A stretch of DNA of 64,000 bases from Myxococcales bacterium (lineage in GTDB: Bacteria; Myxococcota_A; Polyangia; Polyangiales; DASUME01). The translations under genes were made by a program, and so were the position numbers. Shown piece after piece: positions 1-8,699 of the stretch (within the stretch, counting starts at the first letter, position 1; each line of letters begins with the position of its first letter). Location: contig JASGJH010000001.1 in NCBI GenBank assembly GCA_047601445.1, forward strand, positions 3,136,001-3,200,000, read 5' to 3'. The notes under the pieces were generated by a model. That model saw only the letters and a program-made list of their open reading frames with translations. It was not told the origin of the DNA and did no database searches.

Positions 1-128
1 TTGAGTTTTCGGCGCTCCACGCCAGGCAGGATACACGACTTCGGCCAGAAACGGGTCGAACCCTCCGCGCAAGCACTGCCCCGGTCAATACCTTGGCGTC
101 TCGCGGTAGGAGGAGGTGGGACTCGAGC

Positions 129-1556
129 TCAAGCGCCGAGGCGGGCGCGCCGCGCCGCCAGGATCTTCGCGAAGGAACGCAGCCCGATTTCCTCTTTGGT
201 CAGCCCGGTTTGCGCCATGTCGTCGAGGTCGATGGCGCCGCAGTTCAGGGCCCGCAGGAAGTAGTTCAAGAGCCCCTGTCCGGTGGCCGCGTCGTCGAAT
301 ACATCGCCCACCAAGGTCGCCTGGGCGGCCTTCTCCACGAAGTTGCGCAGGCGCTCGGCGGCCTGCGCGAAGCCCTCCAAGAAGAAGGCGAAGCAGCTGG
401 CGTAGCGCACGGGCAGTTGGACGGGGTGCAGGTCCCAGCCCTGGTAGAAGCCGCCCACGAGCGAGTGCCGGATGTGCCGGTGGGCGAGCTGCCAGGCGGC
501 GTGCACCACGGCGCGGTTCTCCTCCTGCTCCACGGGGCTGAGCTGGGTCCCCTTGTGGGGCCCCACGGGCATCACGTTGGTGGCGCCGTCGGAGAGGAAG
601 ATGCCGGTGCCCGCATAGGCGAGCATCATCATGCCCTTGGCGAGATCACACCATGGATGCGCCATGGTCTGATGGGCAGCTGTGATGTTGCAGGACGCAG
701 TGAAGTCGTAGGTGCCGAAGTGGGCGGCCACGCAGCGGCCCTCGGCTGCCTCGAGAAAGCCAGGCAGCGGAGAGCGGCCGTCGGGTCCCAGCAAGGCCTG
801 GGTGACCTCGATCATCAGCTCCATCTTGAGCGTGCCGCTCGCCAGGCCGTGGCGCTGCTCGAGCAGCTCGAACAGACGCACCAGCGCGCGCGGCTGCGCG
901 GCCAGCGTGATCTTCGGCAAGGTCACGACGAAGTTCTCGGGCAGGCGCCCACCGGTCTGCGAAAGCAGGTTCTCGAGGAAGATCTCGAGCGTGCGCGCGC
1001 CGCGTGCCTTCCACTCTTCTCCGAACGATTTGATGCGGATGCCCAGGAACGGCGGCAACGTCCCCTGACGCATGCCGAGCGCCACCTCGAAGGCAGCCTC
1101 CTTGGCGACCCGGTCCTCCTCGGGGTCCGGGCGCGCGCCGAAGCCGTCTTCGAAATCGATGCGGAAATCTTCCACTGCCTCGCGCTCGAGCTTGCGCAGC
1201 ACGCGCTCGTAGACCGTCAACGCCAGCCACGCCGAAGGGTGCTCGCCGCGCAGGGCGCCTGGGTCGCGCTCGTAGAGGGCCGTGAAGGCCGACAGACGGC
1301 TGCGATCCACCGCGTGGGACGCGATGAAGCCCACGCCGTAAGCGAACTCGAGCGGGTGCCTGCCATAGGACTCCATGCTGCGCAGGGCGAGCTCTCCCAG
1401 GCGCTGCGTGGTGTCGGCCTTGTAAAGCTGGGCGCCGCCGTACACCGTGTGCACTGGCTGACGCGCCGAGCTCTCACCCGGGTAGCGCTGCATGAACGCG
1501 CGGTTCTCTCGTCCGAGTTCGGAAAGCGCCGCGTTGCCTGCGTCCAGAATGCTCAT
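129..1556 (-). CDS. HpcH/HpaI aldolase / CitE / malate-synthase-like fold protein (DUF6986-like)
   Basis: 475 aa. Motifs RQPVHTVYGGA, DFRIDFEDGFG, VVTLPK, HFGTYD, LSDGATN, GFYQGWDLHP. Last gene of the allantoin operon. Confidence 0.75.
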   Translation of the reverse strand: MSILDAGNAALSELGRENRAFMQRYPGESSARQPVHTVYGGAQLYKADTTQRLGELALRSMESYGRHPLEFAYGVGFIASHAVDRSRLSAFTALYERDPGALRGEHPSAWLALTVYERVLRKLEREAVEDFRIDFEDGFGARPDPEEDRVAKEAAFEVALGMRQGTLPPFLGIRIKSFGEEWKARGARTLEIFLENLLSQTGGRLPENFVVTLPKITLAAQPRALVRLFELLEQRHGLASGTLKMELMIEVTQALLGPDGRSPLPGFLEAAEGRCVAAHFGTYDFTASCNITAAHQTMAHPWCDLAKGMMMLAYAGTGIFLSDGATNVMPVGPHKGTQLSPVEQEENRAVVHAAWQLAHRHIRHSLVGGFYQGWDLHPVQLPVRYASCFAFFLEGFAQAAERLRNFVEKAAQATLVGDVFDDAATGQGLLNYFLRALNCGAIDLDDMAQTGLTKEEIGLRSFAKILAARRARLGA

Positions 1557-1599
1557 CGACTCGCCCTCTTTGCTTGGGTTCGCGTTGCTCGGGTGGCCC

Positions 1600-1950
1600 T
1601 CAACTTCCCCGATAGGTGGAATACCCGTAGGGGCTCAAGAGCAAGGGAATGTGGTAGTGGCCGTTGGGGTCCTCCACCCGAAACAAGATCTCCACGTGCG
1701 GATAGAACTCGCTCTGGTGGGTGGCTCGCAGGTAGCTCGCGGTCTCGAAGCGCAGCCGGTAGAGGCCGACGCGCAATGCGCCGATTTCTCCGGCGGCGCC
1801 GAGGAAATCGGTGACGCGTCCCTGGGCATTGGTGGTGTGCTGCGCGAGCAGCACGAACTCACCGGCCTCGTCGCGCGCGAGGCTCACGGCGAGCCCGCTC
1901 GCCGGGCGTCCGAGAGTGGTGTCGAGCACGTGGGTGGTGATGCCGCTCAT
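1600..1950 (-). CDS. uraH: 5-hydroxyisourate hydrolase (transthyretin-like)
   Basis: Starts MSGITTHVLDTTLGRPA and ends HYHIPLLLSPYGYSTYRGS (YRGS signature). ATG at 1950 overlaps the uraD stop. Confidence 0.95.
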   Translation of the reverse strand: MSGITTHVLDTTLGRPASGLAVSLARDEAGEFVLLAQHTTNAQGRVTDFLGAAGEIGALRVGLYRLRFETASYLRATHQSEFYPHVEILFRVEDPNGHYHIPLLLSPYGYSTYRGS

Positions 1951-2459
1951 GGGCCGAGCTTCTCCAGTCTGAGTGCGGTGATCTTGGCCTGCTCTTCGGC
2001 GGCCACCTCCAGCTCGCGCCCACGCTCGTGGGGCAGGCGCGCGCGCAGCAACGCAAGCATCTCGGGGGCGCTCTTGCCGGTGGCGCACACGATGAAGAGG
2101 AAGCCGAAGCGTTGCTTGTAGGCCAGGTTTCCGTCGCGCAGGGCGGCGAGGGTCTGTTCACTCGCTCCGTTCACGCCAGCCTGCTCGGCATTCGACCACT
2201 GGGCGGAGGAGGCGAACTTTTCGCGCAGCTTGGCGAGGTCGGCGCCGATCTCGGGGTGCTGCGCAAAGGCCTCCAGGTAGTCCTGCTCGGAGAGCTCACG
2301 CCACAGGTCGCGCGCCAGCTCGTGGAGTTCGGCATCCGACGCGAAGGGCCTGCGCGCGAGCATGCCTTGTACCCAGCGCTCGGATCCGCAGCAGCGGAAG
2401 AGCTCCGCATGGGCCCGTTCCGGCGCGAGCGTGTTCAGATAACGACTGGGGTTAGCCAT
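1947..2459 (-). CDS. uraD: OHCU decarboxylase
   Basis: Motifs AFAQHPEIG, SNAEQAG, YKQRFGFLFIVCATGK, EQAKITALRL. Confidence 0.93.
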   Translation of the reverse strand: MANPSRYLNTLAPERAHAELFRCCGSERWVQGMLARRPFASDAELHELARDLWRELSEQDYLEAFAQHPEIGADLAKLREKFASSAQWSNAEQAGVNGASEQTLAALRDGNLAYKQRFGFLFIVCATGKSAPEMLALLRARLPHERGRELEVAAEEQAKITALRLEKLGP

Positions 2460-3510
2460 CGCGCGTGCCCCAGACGCGGAGACGGCTCACGCCGCCATCG
2501 GGAAAAATGTTGAGCCGCAGGTGCGTCGCAGGGGCGCCCGCGGGGAGCGCGAAGAAATTGCGCGTGCTCGCCTGCAGCTTGCTCTCGGGCAGGAGCTCGC
2601 GGAAGTCGGCGCTGCGGATGAGCTCGGTGATGCGCGGAGTGCCGGCAGCGCAATCGACGAGCTCGATGGAGCAGCGGTCGGGATAGTTGCCCTTGAAGTG
2701 GTTGGTGTCGACTTCGATGAACCTGGGCGTACCGCGCGTGGCGAGCTTGACGAGGATCCAATCGTGCCCGGGTTGACGCTTGCGTCGGGTCTCCCAGCCG
2801 CCACCCATGTTCTCCGCGCGACCCGGCAAGAGCAGATTGTTCATGGGCCCGAAGAACGCGTCGGAGCAAGCCAAGGCCAGGGCACCATTCTTGAGGGCTG
2901 CCAGATCGACCCACTCGGGAGCCACTTGGGCGCGCGTCTCGGCGTCGCGTTCGGTGGGGTCCGCGCTCGCGCCGGCGATCGACCACCAGGGAAGCACGCG
3001 CCCATAGACGCGGAAGCGCGCCACGCCACCATCGGGGAAGATGTGCAGCCTCACGTGGCTCACTGGCTCCGCGCCGGAACGGCGGGCGAGAAAGAAATTT
3101 TGCGAGTCGGGACGCAACGGCGACTGCGGCAAGAGCTCGTGCCAGGTCATGGCTTCGAGCTCCGCGTAGGACGCGCCCCGCGGCGCGCACAAGCCCTCCA
3201 CGGCCGCGAAGGGAGGGTGATTGCCGACGAAGTGATGGGTGTCGACGTCGAAGGCTGCGACCTCGCCGAGCGCACCGAGCTCGATGGCGCAGGAGTCGTG
3301 ACCGGGCACGCGCTTGCGCCGACTCTCCCAGCCGTCCATCCACTTGCCGCGCTCCGTGAACTTGCCCTCGATGAACACGCCGCGTCCGGGCTGCAGCATG
3401 TTCTCCATGCCAGCGAAGAAGTCGTCGCTGCAGCCGAGTGCACGACCGCCGAAGTCAGCCGCCGCCAAATCCACCAGACCGAAGAAGCTCGCGCTCGGGG
3501 TCGGGTTCAC
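2452..3510 (-). CDS. alc: allantoicase
   Basis: Two allantoicase repeats: DGWESRRKR/GGWETRRKR, DTHHFVGN/DTNHFKGN, IFPDGGVARFRVYG/IFPDGGVSRLRVWG. Confidence 0.95.
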   Translation of the reverse strand: MNPTPSASFFGLVDLAAADFGGRALGCSDDFFAGMENMLQPGRGVFIEGKFTERGKWMDGWESRRKRVPGHDSCAIELGALGEVAAFDVDTHHFVGNHPPFAAVEGLCAPRGASYAELEAMTWHELLPQSPLRPDSQNFFLARRSGAEPVSHVRLHIFPDGGVARFRVYGRVLPWWSIAGASADPTERDAETRAQVAPEWVDLAALKNGALALACSDAFFGPMNNLLLPGRAENMGGGWETRRKRQPGHDWILVKLATRGTPRFIEVDTNHFKGNYPDRCSIELVDCAAGTPRITELIRSADFRELLPESKLQASTRNFFALPAGAPATHLRLNIFPDGGVSRLRVWGTRDG

Positions 3511-4856
3511 GCGACATCTCCTCGGTGCAAGAGCAACTCACCTCGCGGCGTCTCTGGATGCGATCGACCGTCGAACACCATGTTCCCCCTCAGCCAGGTC
3601 TCGTGGATGGTACCGCGCAAGGTCTTGCCCACGTAGGGCGACAAACGATGCTTGAAGAACAACTGCTCGGCGCTCACCGTGCGCTCGGCCTCGGGATCCC
3701 AGATCACGAAGTCGGCGTCATGCCCCACGGCGATGGCCCCCTTGCGCGCGCTCAATCCCGCGAAGCGCGCAGGCTCGCGGCTCATCCAGCGCGCCAGCTG
3801 CTGCAAGCTCGCACCGCGCGCGGCAGCTTCGGTCCACACCGTGGAGAGCCCGAGCTGGAGGGATGCGATGCCGCCCCAGGCCGCCTGGAAATCCCCGCGC
3901 TCGGGGAGCTTGAGGGCTGGTGTGCACGGACTGTGATCGGTGATCACGAAGTCGATGACGCCCTCGAACAAGGCGCTCCACAAGCCCTCGCAGTTTTCGC
4001 GCTCCCGGATGGGCGGCGCGCATTTGAAATGCGTCGCGCCGTCCGGGATGGACTCGGCGTGGAGACACAGATAGTGGGGACAAGTCTCGACGCTGATGGG
4101 CAGCCCCTCGGCCTTGGCCGCCCGGAGCATGGGCACTGCGCTCGCAGAGGACAGATGCACTACGTGCACGCGGCAACCGGTCTCGCGGCACAGTTCGATC
4201 AAGAGCGCGATGGCAGCGTCTTCCCAGGCGCGCGGGCGCGAGGCGAGGTAACCGTGATAGGCGCGCGGATCGGCATGTCCACTCGGCTCTACGTCCGCCC
4301 CCAAATCGAGCTCGGCGTGGGCGAGCAACGGCAGCCCCAGCTCCCGCAGCAGGGGCAGCGCCACGCGCAAATCAGCCGCGCTGGCGTTGGGAAACTCGTC
4401 GATGCCCGAGTGCACCATGAATGCCTTGCAACCGAGGGCTCCGGCGGCGCGCAGACCGGCGAGCTCCTGCTGGTTGCCCGGCACGACGCCGCCCCAAAAT
4501 CCGACGTCCACCATGCACTGACCGGCGGCCGCGGCGAGCTTGAGCTCCAGCGCAGCGCGCGTGGTGGTCACGGGCAAGCAGTTTAGGGGCATATCGATCA
4601 GCGTGGTGACGCCGCCGGCTGCGGCCGCCTTGGTGCCGGTCTCGAAGCCTTCCCACTCGGTGCGGCCGGGCTCATTCAGGTGCACGTGGCAATCCACGAG
4701 TCCCGGCGAGATGGCGAGCCCTCCCACATCGCGCGCGTGCGCGTGCGGGCTCTCGTGCTCGATGATCTCGGTGAAGCGACCGCCCTCCACCACCAGGCTG
4801 GCCGGCCGGGTGCCGTCCGGAAACACCACGCGACGACTGAACCAGGCCTGGGTCAC
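3507..4856 (-). CDS. allB: allantoinase
   Basis: Motifs PGLVDCHVHLNEPGRTEWEGF, GGVTTLIDMPLN, ETCPHYL, FKCAPPIR, TDHSPC, AWGGI. Start placed at GTG 4856, 8 nt after AAGGAG; TTG 4862 is an alternative. Confidence 0.93.
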   Translation of the reverse strand: MTQAWFSRRVVFPDGTRPASLVVEGGRFTEIIEHESPHAHARDVGGLAISPGLVDCHVHLNEPGRTEWEGFETGTKAAAAGGVTTLIDMPLNCLPVTTTRAALELKLAAAAGQCMVDVGFWGGVVPGNQQELAGLRAAGALGCKAFMVHSGIDEFPNASAADLRVALPLLRELGLPLLAHAELDLGADVEPSGHADPRAYHGYLASRPRAWEDAAIALLIELCRETGCRVHVVHLSSASAVPMLRAAKAEGLPISVETCPHYLCLHAESIPDGATHFKCAPPIRERENCEGLWSALFEGVIDFVITDHSPCTPALKLPERGDFQAAWGGIASLQLGLSTVWTEAAARGASLQQLARWMSREPARFAGLSARKGAIAVGHDADFVIWDPEAERTVSAEQLFFKHRLSPYVGKTLRGTIHETWLRGNMVFDGRSHPETPRGELLLHRGDVA

Positions 4857-4858
4857 GC

Positions 4859-6283
4859 TCAAAACTCCTTCTCGGCATAGCTGCACAGGCTCTCGAAGTG
4901 GGCTTCCTTGTCCTCGAGGAAGAACGAGCGCGTGATGCCCGCCACCAGACGCGGCACCGAATACTTCATGCCCGAGATGCTGGCGCCGCCGAAGCCGAGA
5001 CTCAGCAAGCAACCGAAGGTGTAGTTGTAGAGATAGGCGAGGTGGGGCGCCGCGCCAGGCTCACGCTCGCAGAACTCGAAGTTCGGACCCAAGTAGGGAT
5101 GGCGGGAGAGCTCCGCGTTGGCGTCGCTGGCGCTCGGCGTGAAGCGGTCGGCCCAGCGCGCGATGGAGGGTGCGAGCTCGCGTAGCTCGTCGCGCAAACC
5201 GAGGTCGGTGACGAAGCCGGTACCGACGATCAAGAAATCACTTTCGAAGGCGCCGTGCTGGGTCTCGAGCACGATGGCGTCGCCACGCAATGCGATGCGT
5301 TGTAGCTCGCTGCCTGGATGCAGGTGAAAGCTCGGCCATTGCTGAGCGCGCAGGAAGGTGTCGCGGGGCGGCAGCTGCCCCATGCGCATGATCTGGGAGA
5401 TGAAGCGCCACTTGTAGTCGTCGGGCAGGTCCCCGAAGTGCTTCAAGAAGCCCACGAACTCGGCCCAGCGATAGGGATTCACGGAGACCAGCTCGCTGCG
5501 TCGGAAGAACATCCGCGCTTCGCGTGCCCCGAGCTCGAGCGCCGTGGCCGCGTTGTCGAACGCCGAGGCACCTGCCCCCCAAACCGCCACTCGCTTGCCG
5601 CGCAAGGCGTCGAAGTCGATGGGCTGCGAGGTATGTGCATAGTGGCTGGTGGGCAGACCGTGCGTGACCTGTGCCGGTACCTCCCACCGTCCCGATCCTT
5701 CGATGCCCGTCGCCAGCACCACGCGCCGCGCCAATAGCTCACGGCTTCCGCCGGCGTCGCGACAAGGCACGCGAAAGGCGCGCTCGGCCGTATCCCAGCG
5801 CAGCGCACCCACCTTGGTCTCCGGGCGCACCGGAATCTCGAGCGTGCGCCGGAACCAACTCAAGTAGTGCGCCCAGGCTTCCTTGGGCAAAAGCCCGAGA
5901 GCATCCCAGCTGTGCTTCCCGAATTGAGCTTCGTACCAGGCGCGCGGCGTGAGGCTCGGCACGCCCAGATCGGGCCCCGTGAGGTGCTTGGGCGTGCGCA
6001 AGGTGCGCATGCGGGCGAAGTTCAGCCAGGGCCCGGCGCGATCGAGGGGGTTCTCGTCCACCACCAGCAAGTTGTCGATGCGTTCGCGCATGAGCCCGAA
6101 GGCCAGCGCGAGTCCGCTCTGCCCCGCGCCCACGATCAGCACGTCGAGGATGGGATCGCCCGCTTGACTCCGACGAGAGAGCACACCGCTTCGGCTGGGA
6201 TAGCCGAGCAGCAGCAAGTCCTCGCGAACGCGGGCAGCGAGCTCGTCGAGCGATGCCTCGCTCGCCATGACCGGGCCCGTCAT
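4859..6283 (-). CDS. FAD/NAD(P)-dependent monooxygenase, probable HpyO-type urate hydroxylase
   Basis: Rossmann motifs IVGAGQSG and VWGAGASAFD, plus FARMRTLRTPKHLTGPDLG. Lies between xdhC and allB, and the cluster has no uricase. Confidence 0.8.
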   Translation of the reverse strand: MTGPVMASEASLDELAARVREDLLLLGYPSRSGVLSRRSQAGDPILDVLIVGAGQSGLALAFGLMRERIDNLLVVDENPLDRAGPWLNFARMRTLRTPKHLTGPDLGVPSLTPRAWYEAQFGKHSWDALGLLPKEAWAHYLSWFRRTLEIPVRPETKVGALRWDTAERAFRVPCRDAGGSRELLARRVVLATGIEGSGRWEVPAQVTHGLPTSHYAHTSQPIDFDALRGKRVAVWGAGASAFDNAATALELGAREARMFFRRSELVSVNPYRWAEFVGFLKHFGDLPDDYKWRFISQIMRMGQLPPRDTFLRAQQWPSFHLHPGSELQRIALRGDAIVLETQHGAFESDFLIVGTGFVTDLGLRDELRELAPSIARWADRFTPSASDANAELSRHPYLGPNFEFCEREPGAAPHLAYLYNYTFGCLLSLGFGGASISGMKYSVPRLVAGITRSFFLEDKEAHFESLCSYAEKEF

Positions 6284-7131
6284 TCGTGGCCCTCCGAGCG
6301 CGCGAGCAGGGCCCGAAAGCGTGGGTCGTCCACCGCCCGCATGTGGCGCGTGCCCGGGCCTGACCGACCGCGTCGCACGGCGATCAGCTCGGCCATGACG
6401 CTGACCGCGATCTCTTCGGGTCCGACCGCGCCGATGTCGAGCCCCACGGGCGCGAACACGCGCTCGAGCGCGCGCTCATCGAGCACCACACGTTGGCGCA
6501 CCGCGATACGCTCGAGCAGCCGAAAGACCTTGCGGCGACTTCCCACCAGCCCGATGTAGCCGGCTTGCGTTTCGAGCGCCCGCTCGAGGACGCTCTCGTC
6601 GAGGTGATGGTCATGGGTGGCCACCAGCACGAAGTCGCGCGTGCCTGGCGCCACACGCCGCAGCGCGCTCGCCGGATCGGTGCACTCGCGCGTGCAGGCA
6701 GGGAAACGTGCCTCGTTGTTGAGCTCCTCGCGCTCGTCGATGACGGTGACACCAAACCCCACCGCGCGCGCCAGGCCGGCGATGTGGAACGCCACGTGAC
6801 CCGCTCCGCACAGAACGAGACGCGGCGCGTAGCCGATGGCCTCCACGAAGATTTCCATGCGCCCACCACAGCACATGGCCAAGTCCTGTCCCAGCTCGCG
6901 TACCAGGAGCTCGGAGCCGCCGCTTTCGCGCGCCTTTTGCAGCGCTGCCAGCACCGCTTGTTCGATGGCGCCGCCGCCGACGGTGCCCAGGGTGCTGTCG
7001 TCCGGCAAGAGCAACATGCGCGCACCCGGCTTTTGCGGGGTGGAGCCGGCGACTCGCACGACGGTGGCGAGCGCTCCTGTTTGACCTTGGGTCAAGAGCT
7101 CTAGCAGGGCCTCCGCGACGTCCCTTTGCAC
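6280..7131 (-). CDS. xdhC: xanthine dehydrogenase accessory protein (XdhC/CoxI family)
   Basis: Motifs GSTPQKPGARM, GTVGGGAIE, CCGGRM, GAGHV, YIGLVGS, PVGLDIGAVGPEEIAVS. Confidence 0.9.
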   Translation of the reverse strand: MQRDVAEALLELLTQGQTGALATVVRVAGSTPQKPGARMLLLPDDSTLGTVGGGAIEQAVLAALQKARESGGSELLVRELGQDLAMCCGGRMEIFVEAIGYAPRLVLCGAGHVAFHIAGLARAVGFGVTVIDEREELNNEARFPACTRECTDPASALRRVAPGTRDFVLVATHDHHLDESVLERALETQAGYIGLVGSRRKVFRLLERIAVRQRVVLDERALERVFAPVGLDIGAVGPEEIAVSVMAELIAVRRGRSGPGTRHMRAVDDPRFRALLARSEGHE

Positions 7132-7208
7132 CCTTCTACGTTACGCTTTTCGCGCGCTTGCGAGGGACCAAATCAGCTTAAGGCTGCCGGTTAAACGCGC
7201 CTCATTGT

Positions 7209-8699
7209 ATGCTGCCGAATATGGCCGTGCGCTTCGTCTTGAACGGCAAGCCCGCCCAGCTGGGAGAGGTCGACCCACACCTCAACCTCTTGACCTGGCT
7301 GCGAGAGGCTGGCTTTACGGGTAGCAAAGAGGGCTGCGCCGAAGGCGAATGCGGTGCCTGCGCGGTTGCGCTTGTCGAGGCCAGCATGGAGCCCGGCGCG
7401 GAGCCGCATGACGGGCATGTTTCAAGGCTCGTTCCGGTCAATAGCTGTCTCTTGCCCATCGGTGCCGTGGTGGGGCGCGAGCTCGTCAGCGTGGAAGGCG
7501 TGGCGGACAGCGACGGTCGCTTGCATCCGGTTCAGGAAGCCATGGTGCAGGGCGGCGGCTCGCAATGTGGTTATTGCACGCCGGGCTTCGTGATCAGTCT
7601 GTACTGCGAGTATCACCGTCCCGAGCGCGTGGGCTTCGACGACGAGTGCCTCAGCGGCAACCTGTGCCGCTGCACGGGCTACCGCCCCATGCGCGACGTG
7701 GCCAGGGCGCTGGCTGGGACACGCCCGAGCGATCCCCGCCTGCCCATCCTGGATCAAACGCCTCCAGTCGCACCACGCGTCGATCTCGTGTGGTCGGGTG
7801 CGCCCTCGCGCGCAGAGGCCCCGGCGCGCTTCCTGCGGCCGCTCGAACTCCACGAAGTGTTCTCGGCCCTCGAGGCCGAGCCTGAGGCCCGCGTCATCGC
7901 CGGCGGCACCGACTTGATGGTCGACGTGAACCAGCGCGACTTGAGGGCCCCCCTGTGGATCTCCCTCGAGGGGCTCTCGGAGCTCATGCACCTGCGGAGC
8001 ACCGCCACGCATTTCGATCTCGGTGCGGGCCGCTCCCTCAGCAGCATCGAAGCGTGGCTGCAGCGCGCGCATCCGGGCGAACTGCCGCTGCTCGAGCAGC
8101 TGATGCCGCTGTTCGCCTCGCCGCTCATCCGCAACCGCGCCACGCTCGGCGGCAGCTTGGTCACCGCTTCCCCCATCGGCGATCCCGCGCCCGTGCTGTT
8201 GGCCTTGGATGCCGAGCTCGTGCTGCGAAGCGCGCGGGGCGAACGCCACGTGCCTCTGTCGGAGTTCTTCCAGGGTTATCGTCGCTCGGCCCTCACGCCG
8301 GGTGAGCTCGTCGCCAGCGTGCGCATTCCGCGCAGCCCGTCCGCCGGGTCCCGAGCCTCCGTCCAACGCTTCTACAAAGTCAGCAAGCGCATCACCGACG
8401 ACATCTCCACTGTGGCCGGGGCTTTCCTGCTCGAGCGCGACGACGCCGACCGTATCACGCGCCTGCGGCTAGCCTACGCCGGCATCGCCGCGACGCCGCT
8501 GATGGCGGTTCAAGCTCAGCGAGCTGCGCTCGGGCGCCCATGGGATCCAGCGACGCGTGCCCAGGTGCTCGAGCAACTCGTCGCCCTCGGGAGCCCCATC
8601 GACGACAGACGTGGTAGCGCCGCCTACCGCAAGGCCATGATCACCAGCTTGTTCGAGCGTTTTTGCGCCGAAGTCGACAGCCTGGGGAGCGCGCCATGA
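7209..8699 (+). CDS. xdhA: xanthine dehydrogenase small subunit (2x[2Fe-2S] + FAD)
   Basis: Motifs GSKEGCAEGECGAC, QCGYCTPG, GNLCRCTGY, IAGGTDL, IRNRATLGG, KVSKR. The start may be ATG 7221. Confidence 0.93.
   Translation: MLPNMAVRFVLNGKPAQLGEVDPHLNLLTWLREAGFTGSKEGCAEGECGACAVALVEASMEPGAEPHDGHVSRLVPVNSCLLPIGAVVGRELVSVEGVADSDGRLHPVQEAMVQGGGSQCGYCTPGFVISLYCEYHRPERVGFDDECLSGNLCRCTGYRPMRDVARALAGTRPSDPRLPILDQTPPVAPRVDLVWSGAPSRAEAPARFLRPLELHEVFSALEAEPEARVIAGGTDLMVDVNQRDLRAPLWISLEGLSELMHLRSTATHFDLGAGRSLSSIEAWLQRAHPGELPLLEQLMPLFASPLIRNRATLGGSLVTASPIGDPAPVLLALDAELVLRSARGERHVPLSEFFQGYRRSALTPGELVASVRIPRSPSAGSRASVQRFYKVSKRITDDISTVAGAFLLERDDADRITRLRLAYAGIAATPLMAVQAQRAALGRPWDPATRAQVLEQLVALGSPIDDRRGSAAYRKAMITSLFERFCAEVDSLGSAP

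Noticed and set aside
93..1814. Long antisense or off-frame ORFs throughout (e.g. 93-1814+, 24119-26086-, 31489-33159-, 37050-38954-, 48606-50105-, 60464-62428+)
   Set aside because: They shadow well-supported genes on the opposite strand and have no motifs. Such ORFs are expected in high-GC DNA with few stop codons.
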